37,640 bases of DNA from a virus. Taxonomy: Duplodnaviria; Caudoviricetes. The position numbers and the translations under genes were made by a program. The stretch lies in IMG/VR virus record IMGVR_UViG_3300032277_000029, positions 1 through 37,640 of that record, one strand, 5' to 3'. Numbering within the stretch: the stretch's first letter is position 1; each line of letters starts with the position of its first letter. Shown one piece after another: positions 13,921 through 22,871 of the stretch. Under the pieces are notes generated by a model, which saw nothing but the letters and a program-made list of their open reading frames with translations, did not search any database and was not told the origin of the DNA.

Positions 13921-15831
13921 TCAATTGGCTACTTGTGCAGGCTGGTTGTTGGTATTACTGGCGTTGCCGCCCTGCGCCGCCTCTGCCGCGCTAATCCGCA
14001 GGATGGTTGCCGCATCCTTGGCAAATGGGCTGCTGCTGCGCTCAATCGCCTTTAGTTGCTTCAAATCGCCTCGCCCTGCTGCGTTGAGGGCTTTCAACAT
14101 ACGAACATTCGTCAGCGCCTTAGATGACAGGTATGCGCCCGTGAGGACCGATGATGTAAAACCAAGGTCTACAGCTCCACCAAATCCAGCCAACAGCGCC
14201 GCGTTGATCTGCCCGGTATTGGAAAAATTGCGTTCTGCATTCGCCCGCTTTGAGCCTTCCGCGACCTTTGCAAGTTTTGTCATTTCCTTGCGAACATCAG
14301 GCGGCAAGAGAATGCTCTTTGCCTCTGGTGACATTTTGTTCCAATCGGTCAAGAACTTTGCCGGGGAAAAGCCCGCGCCCTCTGCATCGCGAAGGCCCGC
14401 AGAAGGTTGCCCCATCCGTTCCACAATACTTGCCGCAACCGTGTCCCATTCTTGCTTGGGCATGGATGACTTCATCTTGTACAGGCGCTTGGAATTGGCC
14501 GAGGACCGCCCGTCACGGGTCATGGCCTCAAATGCCTCGAAAGCCCGTTCTGGGCTGTCAGCCTTGATTGTCCTGTCCAATGCGTCTTGGATGCGCTCCG
14601 CGCCACGGCGGTAATAGTTCCCCGCCCGCTTCCAAGCCTTTTCAGCATCCGGACCCGCCGCTGTTGCAGCCTTTTCCAAATCCGCCGTGAGGGTGCCGTA
14701 AACCTGCTTGAGCCGCCCCTGATCCATGTCGGACAGTGTGCCGTTGATCTTGCCGATGCTCTGCCCGATTGAACTACGCAGATCACTCGCCGCCTGCCAT
14801 GAAAGCCCGCCCTCAAGATCAGCCGCAATCGCTGCCCACTTATCTAGGCCAAGGCGTTTAGCGATTTCGGGCTTATCCGCGAATGGCTCAAGAGCCTCGG
14901 CAATCGCTTCCATTGTTGCGGGTGATTGGACAAGCGTATCCTTGGGAATTTGCCTGCCAACTTCATTGTAAAGTTCATCAGAACGCTTACGAAAATCAGA
15001 AACAAACTTGTTCGCACCGGATTGCAGAGCCTCGCCCGCACCGCTTGCGCCCTGAGACTTGCCCACCCGAACCGCCAGCCCATCAAATGCCCGTTCCACC
15101 TCACCGACAAACCGCGATGCATCCTGCGCAATGACAGAGCCGGAGAATGGTGCCTTTTCGAGGGCCGCAGAGGTCATGGCCCGAACCTTGCCGCCAGCCG
15201 CCAATGATGGGGTGATGCCCAAATCATCAGCCGCCCGCGCTGATGCTTGTAGATCAGTGGCGGGCTTAGATAGCTTTTCCGCCGCCCTTGCGGCCTTGCC
15301 TCCCGCCCGCACAATGCTAGAAGTCCCGGCCAACTGGGGAACGGCAACCTCGCCCATCATCATCAAATCACGGGCCAGCTTCTTTTCGTTTGTGGGTGAT
15401 CCGCCCAGAACCTCGCCAGCCGTACCAGCGCCAAGGGCATAAACTGCGCCTGCCGCACTAAGCCCGGTCATGGCGGCGTCTGCTGCCGTTGCGGCGGGCC
15501 TGCGGAACGCTGGCGGCACCCAATCAGGCATATTTTGCAGGGAAATGCTTTTATCCTGATCAAGCAATCCAGCGCCGAAAGCCTTAGTTGCTGCAACCGG
15601 CCCTTCGGTAGCCGCCTTGATTGTATCCCCAAACTTGTCTTGGGGCTTGGGCGATGGCGGGGCGGCGTCATATGCTTCCGCACCCGGCATGTAATGCGGG
15701 TCGTTCACGTCCTGCTGTGCAGGCGCGGGCATTTGCCCTCGCGCCAGATCGACAAGCATCTGTGCCGCCGCACTGTCCCCTGCTTTGTCAGCGTTTACTG
15801 CCGCCGCCATGATCTCATCAAAAGTTGCCAT
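13921..15831 (-). CDS. Large DNA ejection / internal virion protein (P22 gp16 position)
   Basis: Ala-rich helical ~636-aa protein; third of three ejection-type genes. Confidence 0.7.
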   Translation of the reverse strand: MATFDEIMAAAVNADKAGDSAAAQMLVDLARGQMPAPAQQDVNDPHYMPGAEAYDAAPPSPKPQDKFGDTIKAATEGPVAATKAFGAGLLDQDKSISLQNMPDWVPPAFRRPAATAADAAMTGLSAAGAVYALGAGTAGEVLGGSPTNEKKLARDLMMMGEVAVPQLAGTSSIVRAGGKAARAAEKLSKPATDLQASARAADDLGITPSLAAGGKVRAMTSAALEKAPFSGSVIAQDASRFVGEVERAFDGLAVRVGKSQGASGAGEALQSGANKFVSDFRKRSDELYNEVGRQIPKDTLVQSPATMEAIAEALEPFADKPEIAKRLGLDKWAAIAADLEGGLSWQAASDLRSSIGQSIGKINGTLSDMDQGRLKQVYGTLTADLEKAATAAGPDAEKAWKRAGNYYRRGAERIQDALDRTIKADSPERAFEAFEAMTRDGRSSANSKRLYKMKSSMPKQEWDTVAASIVERMGQPSAGLRDAEGAGFSPAKFLTDWNKMSPEAKSILLPPDVRKEMTKLAKVAEGSKRANAERNFSNTGQINAALLAGFGGAVDLGFTSSVLTGAYLSSKALTNVRMLKALNAAGRGDLKQLKAIERSSSPFAKDAATILRISAAEAAQGGNASNTNNQPAQVAN

Positions 15832-15844
15832 TTTTGGGGTGTCC

Positions 15845-15873
15845 TTGCATAGAAGGCCCGGAATGCCTAAATT
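15845..15873 (+). promoter_or_regulatory. Sigma70-like promoter TTGCAT-N17-TAAATT for a leaderless moron transcript
   Basis: -10 ends 6 nt before ATG 15880; no Shine-Dalgarno. Confidence 0.6.
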
Positions 15874-15879
15874 CGCCCC

Positions 15880-16155
15880 ATGCATTTCTTAAAAGAGCCT
15901 GAAAATCGGGCGCTCTTAATCGTATGGACCTTATTTTTCGCATTTGCGGGGTTCTGCTGGTTTGTTCTTCGCGCTGATTTCTGGGTTCCAGCACTTTGGC
16001 CGTTCATCTTTGCCGCCGTGATGACGCGGATCATGATGAAGATGAAAGCTAGGCGCTTGGAATATGAGCGGATTTGCCGGATCGTCAGGAACGGAAACAC
16101 GGCTATTGCGAATATTTCTCGAAAACCGACCTCTGCTCATCGTTCTGGAACGTGA
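15880..16155 (+). CDS. Antisense-oriented two-TM membrane protein (moron)
   Basis: Own promoter; two hydrophobic helices and a basic tail; AT-richer than flanks. Confidence 0.65.
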   Translation: MHFLKEPENRALLIVWTLFFAFAGFCWFVLRADFWVPALWPFIFAAVMTRIMMKMKARRLEYERICRIVRNGNTAIANISRKPTSAHRSGT

Positions 16156-17341
16156 TGCTGGGTGACGCCGTGGCCTCATCTGGCGCAGCCTCCTGAGTTG
16201 ACCGCCGAAAATCCATCAAGCTGCGGTTTGGATCGAGATTGTATGCGCTCGCCTTGTCTTCATATTGTGTTTTGATGTTCAAGAACCCGCGTTCTGCGCC
16301 ATCATACAAGGCTTGGCCTCTGCTAACAAAGTCTTCTCGCTGCGCCGGGGCGAGCCTTTGACCGGACGCCATCTTTCGAATTGCCGAGGCAATGGGCTGG
16401 GGAACATTCGCGCCCATTTCTTCGCTTTGCTGCAACCAAGCTGTCGCCTGCGCTGCGGTCTCAAATTCACTTTCGCGAACAACCGAACCGGGGTCAAGAA
16501 CCTTCATAAAGTTGAAGATCAAGGCCAAATCTCCAGCGGGGCTAGGGTCCTTCGCTGAGTTTACAATTCGGTCAAACGCCTGTGCCTGCTCAGAAAACGC
16601 CTTAACTGCGGGGATACCCAAGAATTCTTTGCGAAGTTTCTGCTCAGTGTCAAAATCGACTTTTGGCAAGTTCAGGTCAATAAACCCATTTTTGGCGTCA
16701 ACATTCGCTTTTGCCTCATCCGTCAACGGCTTTGGCTTGTCCGGCATTAAATCATCAACAAATCCAAGAGTCGCTGTCAGCCCCTCCTGCGCTCCGGCAA
16801 TGCCCGCTGCAATCTGGGGGAAGGTTTCATATGTCGTTTGGCTGGGGTCAAAGCCGCTGTCTGCGATTGCCTGCGCGTTATTCTGTACAAACAGGTTAAA
16901 CGCTTCTGGCCCCTGTTTGTAAGCCGCCGTAGACGCCGCCAGAGCCGCTGCAATCTTTCTTGCCTCTGCCTCGCGTTCAACTGCCGACATATTGGCCGCG
17001 TGGGTTTCAACGTCCCGCTTTGATTTAGCGCGGATCTGGTCAAGCTGTGCTGCGGAAAGCGCCGTGCTGGCATTGTGCCGCTCGGTTGCTTGCGCGTCAG
17101 ATCGGGCCTGCCTGCGAATGTCATAAGCGCCCATAGGGTCAAGTGCTGCGAAAGCGTTAACCGCATCAGGGTTGCCTTGCGCCAGTGCCGCGCCGTTTTC
17201 TGCAAAGAACGCTTCAACCGTTTTCTGTTTCTCGCGGTCTTCGCGCTGCGCCTGCATTTGCTGGAACGCGCCGCCCGCCTGCAATCCGCCCGTAAGGCCC
17301 GCAAGGTAGTTTTGGCCGGGGTTGGCTAGAACTTGGTTCAT
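16103..17341 (-). CDS. DNA ejection protein (P22 gp20 position)
   Basis: Gln/Ala-rich helical protein with DLALIFNFMKVLDPGSVVRESEF motif; RBS GGAGG. Confidence 0.7.
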   Translation of the reverse strand: MNQVLANPGQNYLAGLTGGLQAGGAFQQMQAQREDREKQKTVEAFFAENGAALAQGNPDAVNAFAALDPMGAYDIRRQARSDAQATERHNASTALSAAQLDQIRAKSKRDVETHAANMSAVEREAEARKIAAALAASTAAYKQGPEAFNLFVQNNAQAIADSGFDPSQTTYETFPQIAAGIAGAQEGLTATLGFVDDLMPDKPKPLTDEAKANVDAKNGFIDLNLPKVDFDTEQKLRKEFLGIPAVKAFSEQAQAFDRIVNSAKDPSPAGDLALIFNFMKVLDPGSVVRESEFETAAQATAWLQQSEEMGANVPQPIASAIRKMASGQRLAPAQREDFVSRGQALYDGAERGFLNIKTQYEDKASAYNLDPNRSLMDFRRSTQEAAPDEATASPSITFQNDEQRSVFEKYSQ

Positions 17342-17344
17342 GGA

Positions 17345-18343
17345 TTAGCCTCCGAATGGGTTTGCAACAGGGGTGATGCCAAGGCCGGGGTTTTGGCCGA
17401 GGTATCCAGAATTTGCCATGCCGTAGATGTTGGACATTGAATTGACGCCGCTCGCAAAAGCATTCCCTACGCCAATCGCGCCCTGCGCTTGGGCGTTGCC
17501 ACGGGCAAACGCATTTTGACTCGCACCGCTTGCGTAGGTGTTGCCCGCGCTGATCTGTGCTTGTGTTGCCTGCTGGCCCTGCCCAGATAGCCCCCGCAAT
17601 GCGTTCAACTGGTCCTGCATTACGCCATAACTGCGGTTGAATTGGTCAGTTTCACGGCCCACAAATTGACCGTATTCATCAGATGCGATGCCCTGCCCAA
17701 ACCGTGCAGCATCTTTCAGGGCCGCGCCAGACAACCTCATGCCACGCGCTGCCGCCGCCCGCTCAAGGGCCTTGTTGCCCTCATCAAGTCGGAACTGATA
17801 GCCCGGCGATGCCTCGAAAGCCGCAGTGGAAAAATCAAGGTTAGGGTTGGGCCGTTCTATTGCGGTGTAATTGAATGAGTTTTGCGGCTGGCTATCAATG
17901 AATGCCTGCGCCTCTTCGCGGGTGCCAAACGATTTATCACCAACATTGTAGCTGGTTGCAGATGTGCCTGCGCCCAATTGGCTAAGGATTTCACGCGGCT
18001 CAATCCCACGCGGCCCGTCATAGTTTGGATTGGGAATGTACTCCCCGCCGCCGCCCGCGCTTGTCGCGGTGCTTTCAACGATAGACATGCCAGCGCCGCC
18101 GCTACTCGCAACCGGGCGCGGGCCAATGCCGCTTTCGTATGCCAAAGCCGCCAAGGCGTTGTTGCCGATCTGGCGTTGTGGCTCAGTCAGTTCAACATTG
18201 CGGTCAAAGATATAGCGTTGTGTTTCGTCAGCCTGATCCGCCGCCGCAGCCTGTGATTTAGCGGCAGATTTTGATGCCAAACCTGATGCAACCGCACTGC
18301 CCGCTGATGCGATGCCTAGAATTGCTGCTGTTCCAAGTGCCAT
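17345..18343 (-). CDS. DNA transfer/ejection protein (P22 gp7-like)
   Basis: Gly/Ala-rich termini; SPGYQFRLDEG...AAARG..LSGAALK motif. Confidence 0.8.
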   Translation of the reverse strand: MALGTAAILGIASAGSAVASGLASKSAAKSQAAAADQADETQRYIFDRNVELTEPQRQIGNNALAALAYESGIGPRPVASSGGAGMSIVESTATSAGGGGEYIPNPNYDGPRGIEPREILSQLGAGTSATSYNVGDKSFGTREEAQAFIDSQPQNSFNYTAIERPNPNLDFSTAAFEASPGYQFRLDEGNKALERAAAARGMRLSGAALKDAARFGQGIASDEYGQFVGRETDQFNRSYGVMQDQLNALRGLSGQGQQATQAQISAGNTYASGASQNAFARGNAQAQGAIGVGNAFASGVNSMSNIYGMANSGYLGQNPGLGITPVANPFGG

Positions 18344-18768
18344 TATATCACCTTTCCGTGACTTATCTCGCAAGGCGCATAGCCTTTGCGGCTCAAGATG
18401 CGCGATGCACCCTCAAGTGTATGAATTGTTGTCATGCGAACCTCGTTGGCCCCAATTTCTGCGGCCCAGTCTTCAAAATCACGCAGCAACTTCAAACCCT
18501 GCCGATCTTCGCACCACCAGAACATCTCGACCGCGATTTTCCAGTTATCGGCGCAATATGCCTGAATAGCGGCCCCGCCGATCATCCCGCCATTGCTGAC
18601 CAACAAAACACCTTCGGGGCTATCTATGAGGCTTTGCAGCGTCCGCGCCGTTGCGGCTTCGCTATATGGCGCATAAACGCCCGCCGCCGTGTGAAACTTG
18701 CGCCCCATTTCCACAACGCGGGGAATGTCTTCACTTGTTGCGGGGCGCGTCACGTCTTGATCAGCCAT
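18343..18768 (-). CDS. GNAT-fold acetyltransferase-like virion assembly protein
   Basis: RPATSEDIP...EMFWW...GLKLLRDFEDWA...GY; position matches P22 gp14 / T7 gp13. Confidence 0.75.
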   Translation of the reverse strand: MADQDVTRPATSEDIPRVVEMGRKFHTAAGVYAPYSEAATARTLQSLIDSPEGVLLVSNGGMIGGAAIQAYCADNWKIAVEMFWWCEDRQGLKLLRDFEDWAAEIGANEVRMTTIHTLEGASRILSRKGYAPCEISHGKVI

Positions 18769-19523
18769 GTGACCCCCAAAGCAGGCGGCACGATGGAAAA
18801 CGCGGTGCCATCGCCCGTATTGTCAGTTGTGATACCCGTTGTCGCGCTATCCGCTGATACGCCAGTTGACCCGCTGTCCACGGTTAGCCCTGTTGTGGCG
18901 CTGTCTACCGTCACGCCCGTTGTCGCGCTGTCTGTGGACCCGCTGGTTGCGCTGGTAGTGTCAGATCCCGTGGCGCTATCTGCGGCCCCTGCTGGGTCTG
19001 CTACGCCGCCGTGCGTGTGGCCTGAATCGGTGACTGTATGCGTATGCCCCGGATCAGTTACCGTGTGGCCGTGGCCGGGGTCTGTGATCGTGTGAGTGTG
19101 ACCCGGATCGGTGACACCGTGGTTGTGCGCGGGGAGGTTGGTTGTCGCCAACGTGATTTCACCCGCGCCGCCAGCTGCAAGCAGCGCAATATCACCCGCC
19201 CCAACCAGAAACTTGTCCGTAAGGTCCGGCAGCGTGAATGTTGTTGTATCGGCCCCGAAGGTATCCCCCACAACCGCGTATAGATCGCCGTAAGTCGATT
19301 TTGATACCGATTGCCCGTTGCAGATCAACCAACCGTCAGGCTGACTGGAACCCAAAAAAGATTGCAGTGAACCCGCAGGCAATTGCACGTTCTGAACCCG
19401 GAACCGAAGGCCATCTAACCACCTTGTAAAGTCCGGGGTTGGCCTGACTTCTGTTCCCTCTACAAATCCAATGGTTGCGCCACCACGCGGGCGATAGGAC
19501 GGGATGCTTCTAGGCAGCGACAT
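18750..19523 (-). CDS. Tail needle/fibre protein with tail-collar domain and HxH repeats
   Basis: PDGWLICNGQSVSKSTYGDLYAVVG...FTLPDL collar motif; TDPGHTH repeats. Confidence 0.85.
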   Translation of the reverse strand: MSLPRSIPSYRPRGGATIGFVEGTEVRPTPDFTRWLDGLRFRVQNVQLPAGSLQSFLGSSQPDGWLICNGQSVSKSTYGDLYAVVGDTFGADTTTFTLPDLTDKFLVGAGDIALLAAGGAGEITLATTNLPAHNHGVTDPGHTHTITDPGHGHTVTDPGHTHTVTDSGHTHGGVADPAGAADSATGSDTTSATSGSTDSATTGVTVDSATTGLTVDSGSTGVSADSATTGITTDNTGDGTAFSIVPPALGVTWLIKT

Positions 19524-20844
19524 AGTGGACGCCGTGAATGTCGCGGGGAACCGGGTCTGTGATAATGAGCCTTACTTGAAAGCGGTCAAACGCCCCCAGC
19601 CCGTGCCACTCTGCCCGCCAGTTGTAATAACCAAGGGCTGCAAGGTCTCGCCAATCCTCTATGGACCAAGAATGCCCGTCAGAACTGGTCTGCATCATGA
19701 TTTGGGGGGTTTGGGTGTGATTGCCGCTGCCTTTCACGTCAACATGAAGGCGGGCAATAACAAAGCGATCAGCCTCAACAATCGGAGCGGTAATGACCTC
19801 CGCCGATAGTGTTGCGCCATCATCGGTAAACGTGTCTTTGTCCAGCGTGACAATCTTGCCCGTGTCAGTGCCGAAATACTGTTCACCGTCAACCTCAGCC
19901 CCGCATGTAATGAACCAAGGATCATATGCTGTTGCCGTGGTGCGCTCATGCCAAAGCTGGGTGGTAATGTCGAAAACAAGCGTTGGTGCGCCAACCATGC
20001 GGATTGCATAGAACTTATGCCCGCGCTCGGTGAAGGTCATGGCGCTGTGAATGTCGTTAGCGTTTAGAGCCTCTTCAATCTCACGGGTAGAAATAACCTT
20101 CGGGCTAGACCCTGCGGAGCGGTAAACAATCTTATCGTTCCCCACCCAAAAGACGCCGTTGTCTTCTTTCGCGATTGTCAGATTTGACAGGCACCCGCGC
20201 TCGGTTGTTGCGCCGGGGTTTCTGGCAAATGGAAAGTCTGCGTTGCCGCTGTTGTACCAAACCTCAATAGATTTGGCCCCAAGCAGCCAGATTTCCCCGT
20301 GGTCGCTGATAATGCCGCGAATTTCGTCGGATTGGCTTTCCGCCGTGGCGAAGTCCAAGCCAGAAAACGTGGTGCCATCATCCAGCCCCGAAACCGTGAT
20401 GACGTCCTTGCGCGTGGCGTTTTCACCCGCAACAATAAAATACCCATCCTGATAGGCAACATATCGCGGCGTTGTGACCTCGCCTGTGGCGTAGTTTGTG
20501 ACGGTCACGCCATCAGACACATAGTAGGTCGCGCCGACAACCAGCGCAATTTCTGTGCCAGATGTGGCGATTGATACCGCCTCTGACGTGCCAACGCTGC
20601 CAACCTCTGTTGAAACAGCCCCGACAACCTTCCACAGCTTGCCATTTGCCACGGCATAGAGAATGCCGTCGAAGTCAATACAGGCCCGCACAGCCCCGCC
20701 AAGATCCAGAACGGACAACGCCCCGCTGCGACCAATCAAAGCGCCCTTAGAGACGCCCTGTGTTGGCCGCAGGAAGTAGTTTACAAGGCGCTCGCCATTG
20801 TAATCCGCGTCGGCAGATTGGCGGGCCATTGGGAGCATTGGCAT
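19510..20844 (-). CDS. Tail hub / packaged-DNA stabilisation protein (P22 gp10-like)
   Basis: DGYFI, FATAESQSD, SIEVWYNSG and GHKFY motifs; position. Confidence 0.82.
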   Translation of the reverse strand: MPMLPMARQSADADYNGERLVNYFLRPTQGVSKGALIGRSGALSVLDLGGAVRACIDFDGILYAVANGKLWKVVGAVSTEVGSVGTSEAVSIATSGTEIALVVGATYYVSDGVTVTNYATGEVTTPRYVAYQDGYFIVAGENATRKDVITVSGLDDGTTFSGLDFATAESQSDEIRGIISDHGEIWLLGAKSIEVWYNSGNADFPFARNPGATTERGCLSNLTIAKEDNGVFWVGNDKIVYRSAGSSPKVISTREIEEALNANDIHSAMTFTERGHKFYAIRMVGAPTLVFDITTQLWHERTTATAYDPWFITCGAEVDGEQYFGTDTGKIVTLDKDTFTDDGATLSAEVITAPIVEADRFVIARLHVDVKGSGNHTQTPQIMMQTSSDGHSWSIEDWRDLAALGYYNWRAEWHGLGAFDRFQVRLIITDPVPRDIHGVHYVAA

Positions 20845-21506
20845 TAGCGGTCGTTCTCACCGCGATTGAAATACACGCTGCCTTCGCGGTCAAACGCCAT
20901 TTGACGCTTAAACAACTGCTCGGCCCGCGCTTGAACGCCGGGGTTTTCAAGTGCGTAAGTGTCGATCAGCCGTGACGCCAGATTATAGACAACCGTTGAC
21001 CACCACTCGCCGGGCATATCAATCGTGTCGTTCAAAGACGTGATGTCTTCAACTTCGCGCTGATATGTGAACTCGATGGATTCCGTTGTTGCCGAGGCAA
21101 GGGCAGGCCAGATGTACAGTTTCGCCGCTTCGCGCTGGCGGTCATAGTGGAACTGCGAGGGCGTACCCGTAGAATCCTTGTCTGAAATACTGTCGTATTC
21201 CCAACGTGTCAGAGGCACCATCGGCACTTCAACTCCATCGGTGCCTTTGTACCGGACATTCATAATCGAAATAGGCCGTACAACGGCCAAATCGTAAGAT
21301 ACGGCAGTCGTCAGGGTTTTTGTCCCTTCGGTCCACGTCCACAGGTTAAAGCCGGATGACTGCCACTCTTTCAACATATCATCCAGATCATGCATCGCGG
21401 TTTTCGCGTCCCATGATGTAGGGTCTTGGTTAACGCCAACAACGCGGGATTTGCGAAGGGCGCGTGTAACAATGTCCCGCACTGTGCGGGTTGCTGTAAC
21501 AGCCAT
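20844..21506 (-). CDS. Head-tail adaptor (P22 gp4-like)
   Basis: DIVTRALRK...DMLKEW...TGTPSQF...YNLASRL; position. Confidence 0.75.
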   Translation of the reverse strand: MAVTATRTVRDIVTRALRKSRVVGVNQDPTSWDAKTAMHDLDDMLKEWQSSGFNLWTWTEGTKTLTTAVSYDLAVVRPISIMNVRYKGTDGVEVPMVPLTRWEYDSISDKDSTGTPSQFHYDRQREAAKLYIWPALASATTESIEFTYQREVEDITSLNDTIDMPGEWWSTVVYNLASRLIDTYALENPGVQARAEQLFKRQMAFDREGSVYFNRGENDR

Positions 21507-21527
21507 GAGGGTTCTCCTAAATGTGGC

Positions 21528-21788
21528 TTAAAGGTCGTCGGCGCTGACTTCGTTTCCGCTGCCTACCGAAACATCCGTTCCGGCCTGATCGGGGCTAACC
21601 CAAGGCACGGATTGGTGATCCGGCTTGGCCCGCAAGTTCTCTTGTGGGTGCCGTGGCTCCCAACATTCATTGGTCCCGCTGCCTTTGCAGACACGCAGGC
21701 CCGTCCATTCCTTACTGATCTGGCGCGACTTGTACTCAAACCCGCATCTCTGGCAGATCGCATTCCATTGGCCGGGTTCCCACGTCAT
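21528..21788 (-). CDS. Small conserved Cys-containing head-region protein
   Basis: WNAICQRCGF...WTGLRVC...CWEPRHPQ. Confidence 0.75.
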   Translation of the reverse strand: MTWEPGQWNAICQRCGFEYKSRQISKEWTGLRVCKGSGTNECWEPRHPQENLRAKPDHQSVPWVSPDQAGTDVSVGSGNEVSADDL

Positions 21789-22576
21789 CCGCGAACCTGT
21801 GCCAAATAACTGTTGAACGATGCGTCAACTTCCATTCCGGTTGTTGAGCCAGTTGCCACCACCCGAACATCTGAATTTTTGGGAACAATTACATGGGGGG
21901 CAAAGGGGATTGTCATGGCAGACTGCGCCGAAGATGTAAGCGTGACCCGCTGGACAGGCCGAAACACTTTGCCTGGTAGCTGTATCTCAAGCACAAAATC
22001 AACACTGCCCTGCTGCTTTTTCGCAACCGACACTGTAAGGCCTGTGATGATAGCGTAGTCCAAATTAGAGAACGTGGTTGCCCCCTTGAGACTCTGGGTG
22101 TTCCCCCCCGCCCCATCAATCTCAATATGGGCCTTGGTCGCGTCAGAAGGCAGGCCCCCGCTGATTGCTGTATCCTCGTAAACCTGAACCGTTCCCGCCA
22201 AAGCAAGCCCGTCATCCTCATAGACCCGCGATACACGCGCCAAAGGGGTGCCAAGCGTCACCTTTGATTGCCCGTTGAGGGTTGCTGTTTGCACAACAAA
22301 GGTGAACTGAGAATCAACGCCAGTGCCGGAAACCGTGTGGCCTTCAATGCGGATAACCCCATCGTCGCCCGCATCGCTGGATGATATAGTATCAATCGCG
22401 TTTGTGGTTGGCAGGGTTTCATGACCGCCAAGCGTCCAGATTGTCTCTTGTGATGTGCCGAGGTCTTCATTCCGGCCAAACTTCAAAAGGGTCTTGGCTT
22501 TGTTTTTAACAGAAACCTCATCACCATAAGTGTTGGCGATGCGAAGCTCTGCAAGCTCTACATCAAAGCTGCCCAT
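21785..22576 (-). CDS. Beta-rich virion-associated protein
   Basis: KFGRNEDL...ISSSDAGD...RIEG; lies in the structural operon. Confidence 0.7.
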   Translation of the reverse strand: MGSFDVELAELRIANTYGDEVSVKNKAKTLLKFGRNEDLGTSQETIWTLGGHETLPTTNAIDTISSSDAGDDGVIRIEGHTVSGTGVDSQFTFVVQTATLNGQSKVTLGTPLARVSRVYEDDGLALAGTVQVYEDTAISGGLPSDATKAHIEIDGAGGNTQSLKGATTFSNLDYAIITGLTVSVAKKQQGSVDFVLEIQLPGKVFRPVQRVTLTSSAQSAMTIPFAPHVIVPKNSDVRVVATGSTTGMEVDASFNSYLAQVRG

Positions 22577-22577
22577 G

Positions 22578-22814
22578 TCAGGACGCCGTGATTTGGGCCG
22601 CTTGCAGAGCCGCGTTTAGTTCGGTGATTTTGTCGGACAGGGATGCAATCGCGTTGGCGACTTCGGATTGGCTATAGGTTGCGCCGATTACTGCAATGGT
22701 ATCGGAACCTGTGCCGCCGCTGTTGTCTGTCAAATCAACAATGGCCGTGGTTGCTGTGCCGCTCGATGGCAGGATCGGCGCGATGATGCCGTTCGGGAAG
22801 TTTGTTGCAGGCAT
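22578..22814 (-). CDS. Small virion protein (possible head fibre or decoration)
   Basis: MPATNFPNG start; RBS AAGGAGG; C-terminal coiled coil. Confidence 0.7.
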   Translation of the reverse strand: MPATNFPNGIIAPILPSSGTATTAIVDLTDNSGGTGSDTIAVIGATYSQSEVANAIASLSDKITELNAALQAAQITAS

Positions 22815-22836
22815 GTCAGCCTCCTTTTCAATGTGG

Positions 22837-22864
22837 AAAGGGGCGCGGCTATCGAACCGCGCCC
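22837..22864 (-). terminator. Hairpin after the major capsid gene (weak intrinsic terminator or mRNA stabiliser)
   Basis: GGGCGCGG-N8-CCGCGCCC followed by a short CTTT. Confidence 0.6.
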
Positions 22865-22871
22865 GATTGGC

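Noticed and set aside
15867-16100. - strand 77-aa ORF as the real gene between the ejection genes
   Set aside because: No RBS; the + strand ORF has a correctly spaced promoter and a coherent two-TM pattern
22841-22864. tRNA fragment (GGTTCGA on the - strand)
   Set aside because: It is part of a simple GC-rich hairpin after the capsid gene with no cloverleaf around it
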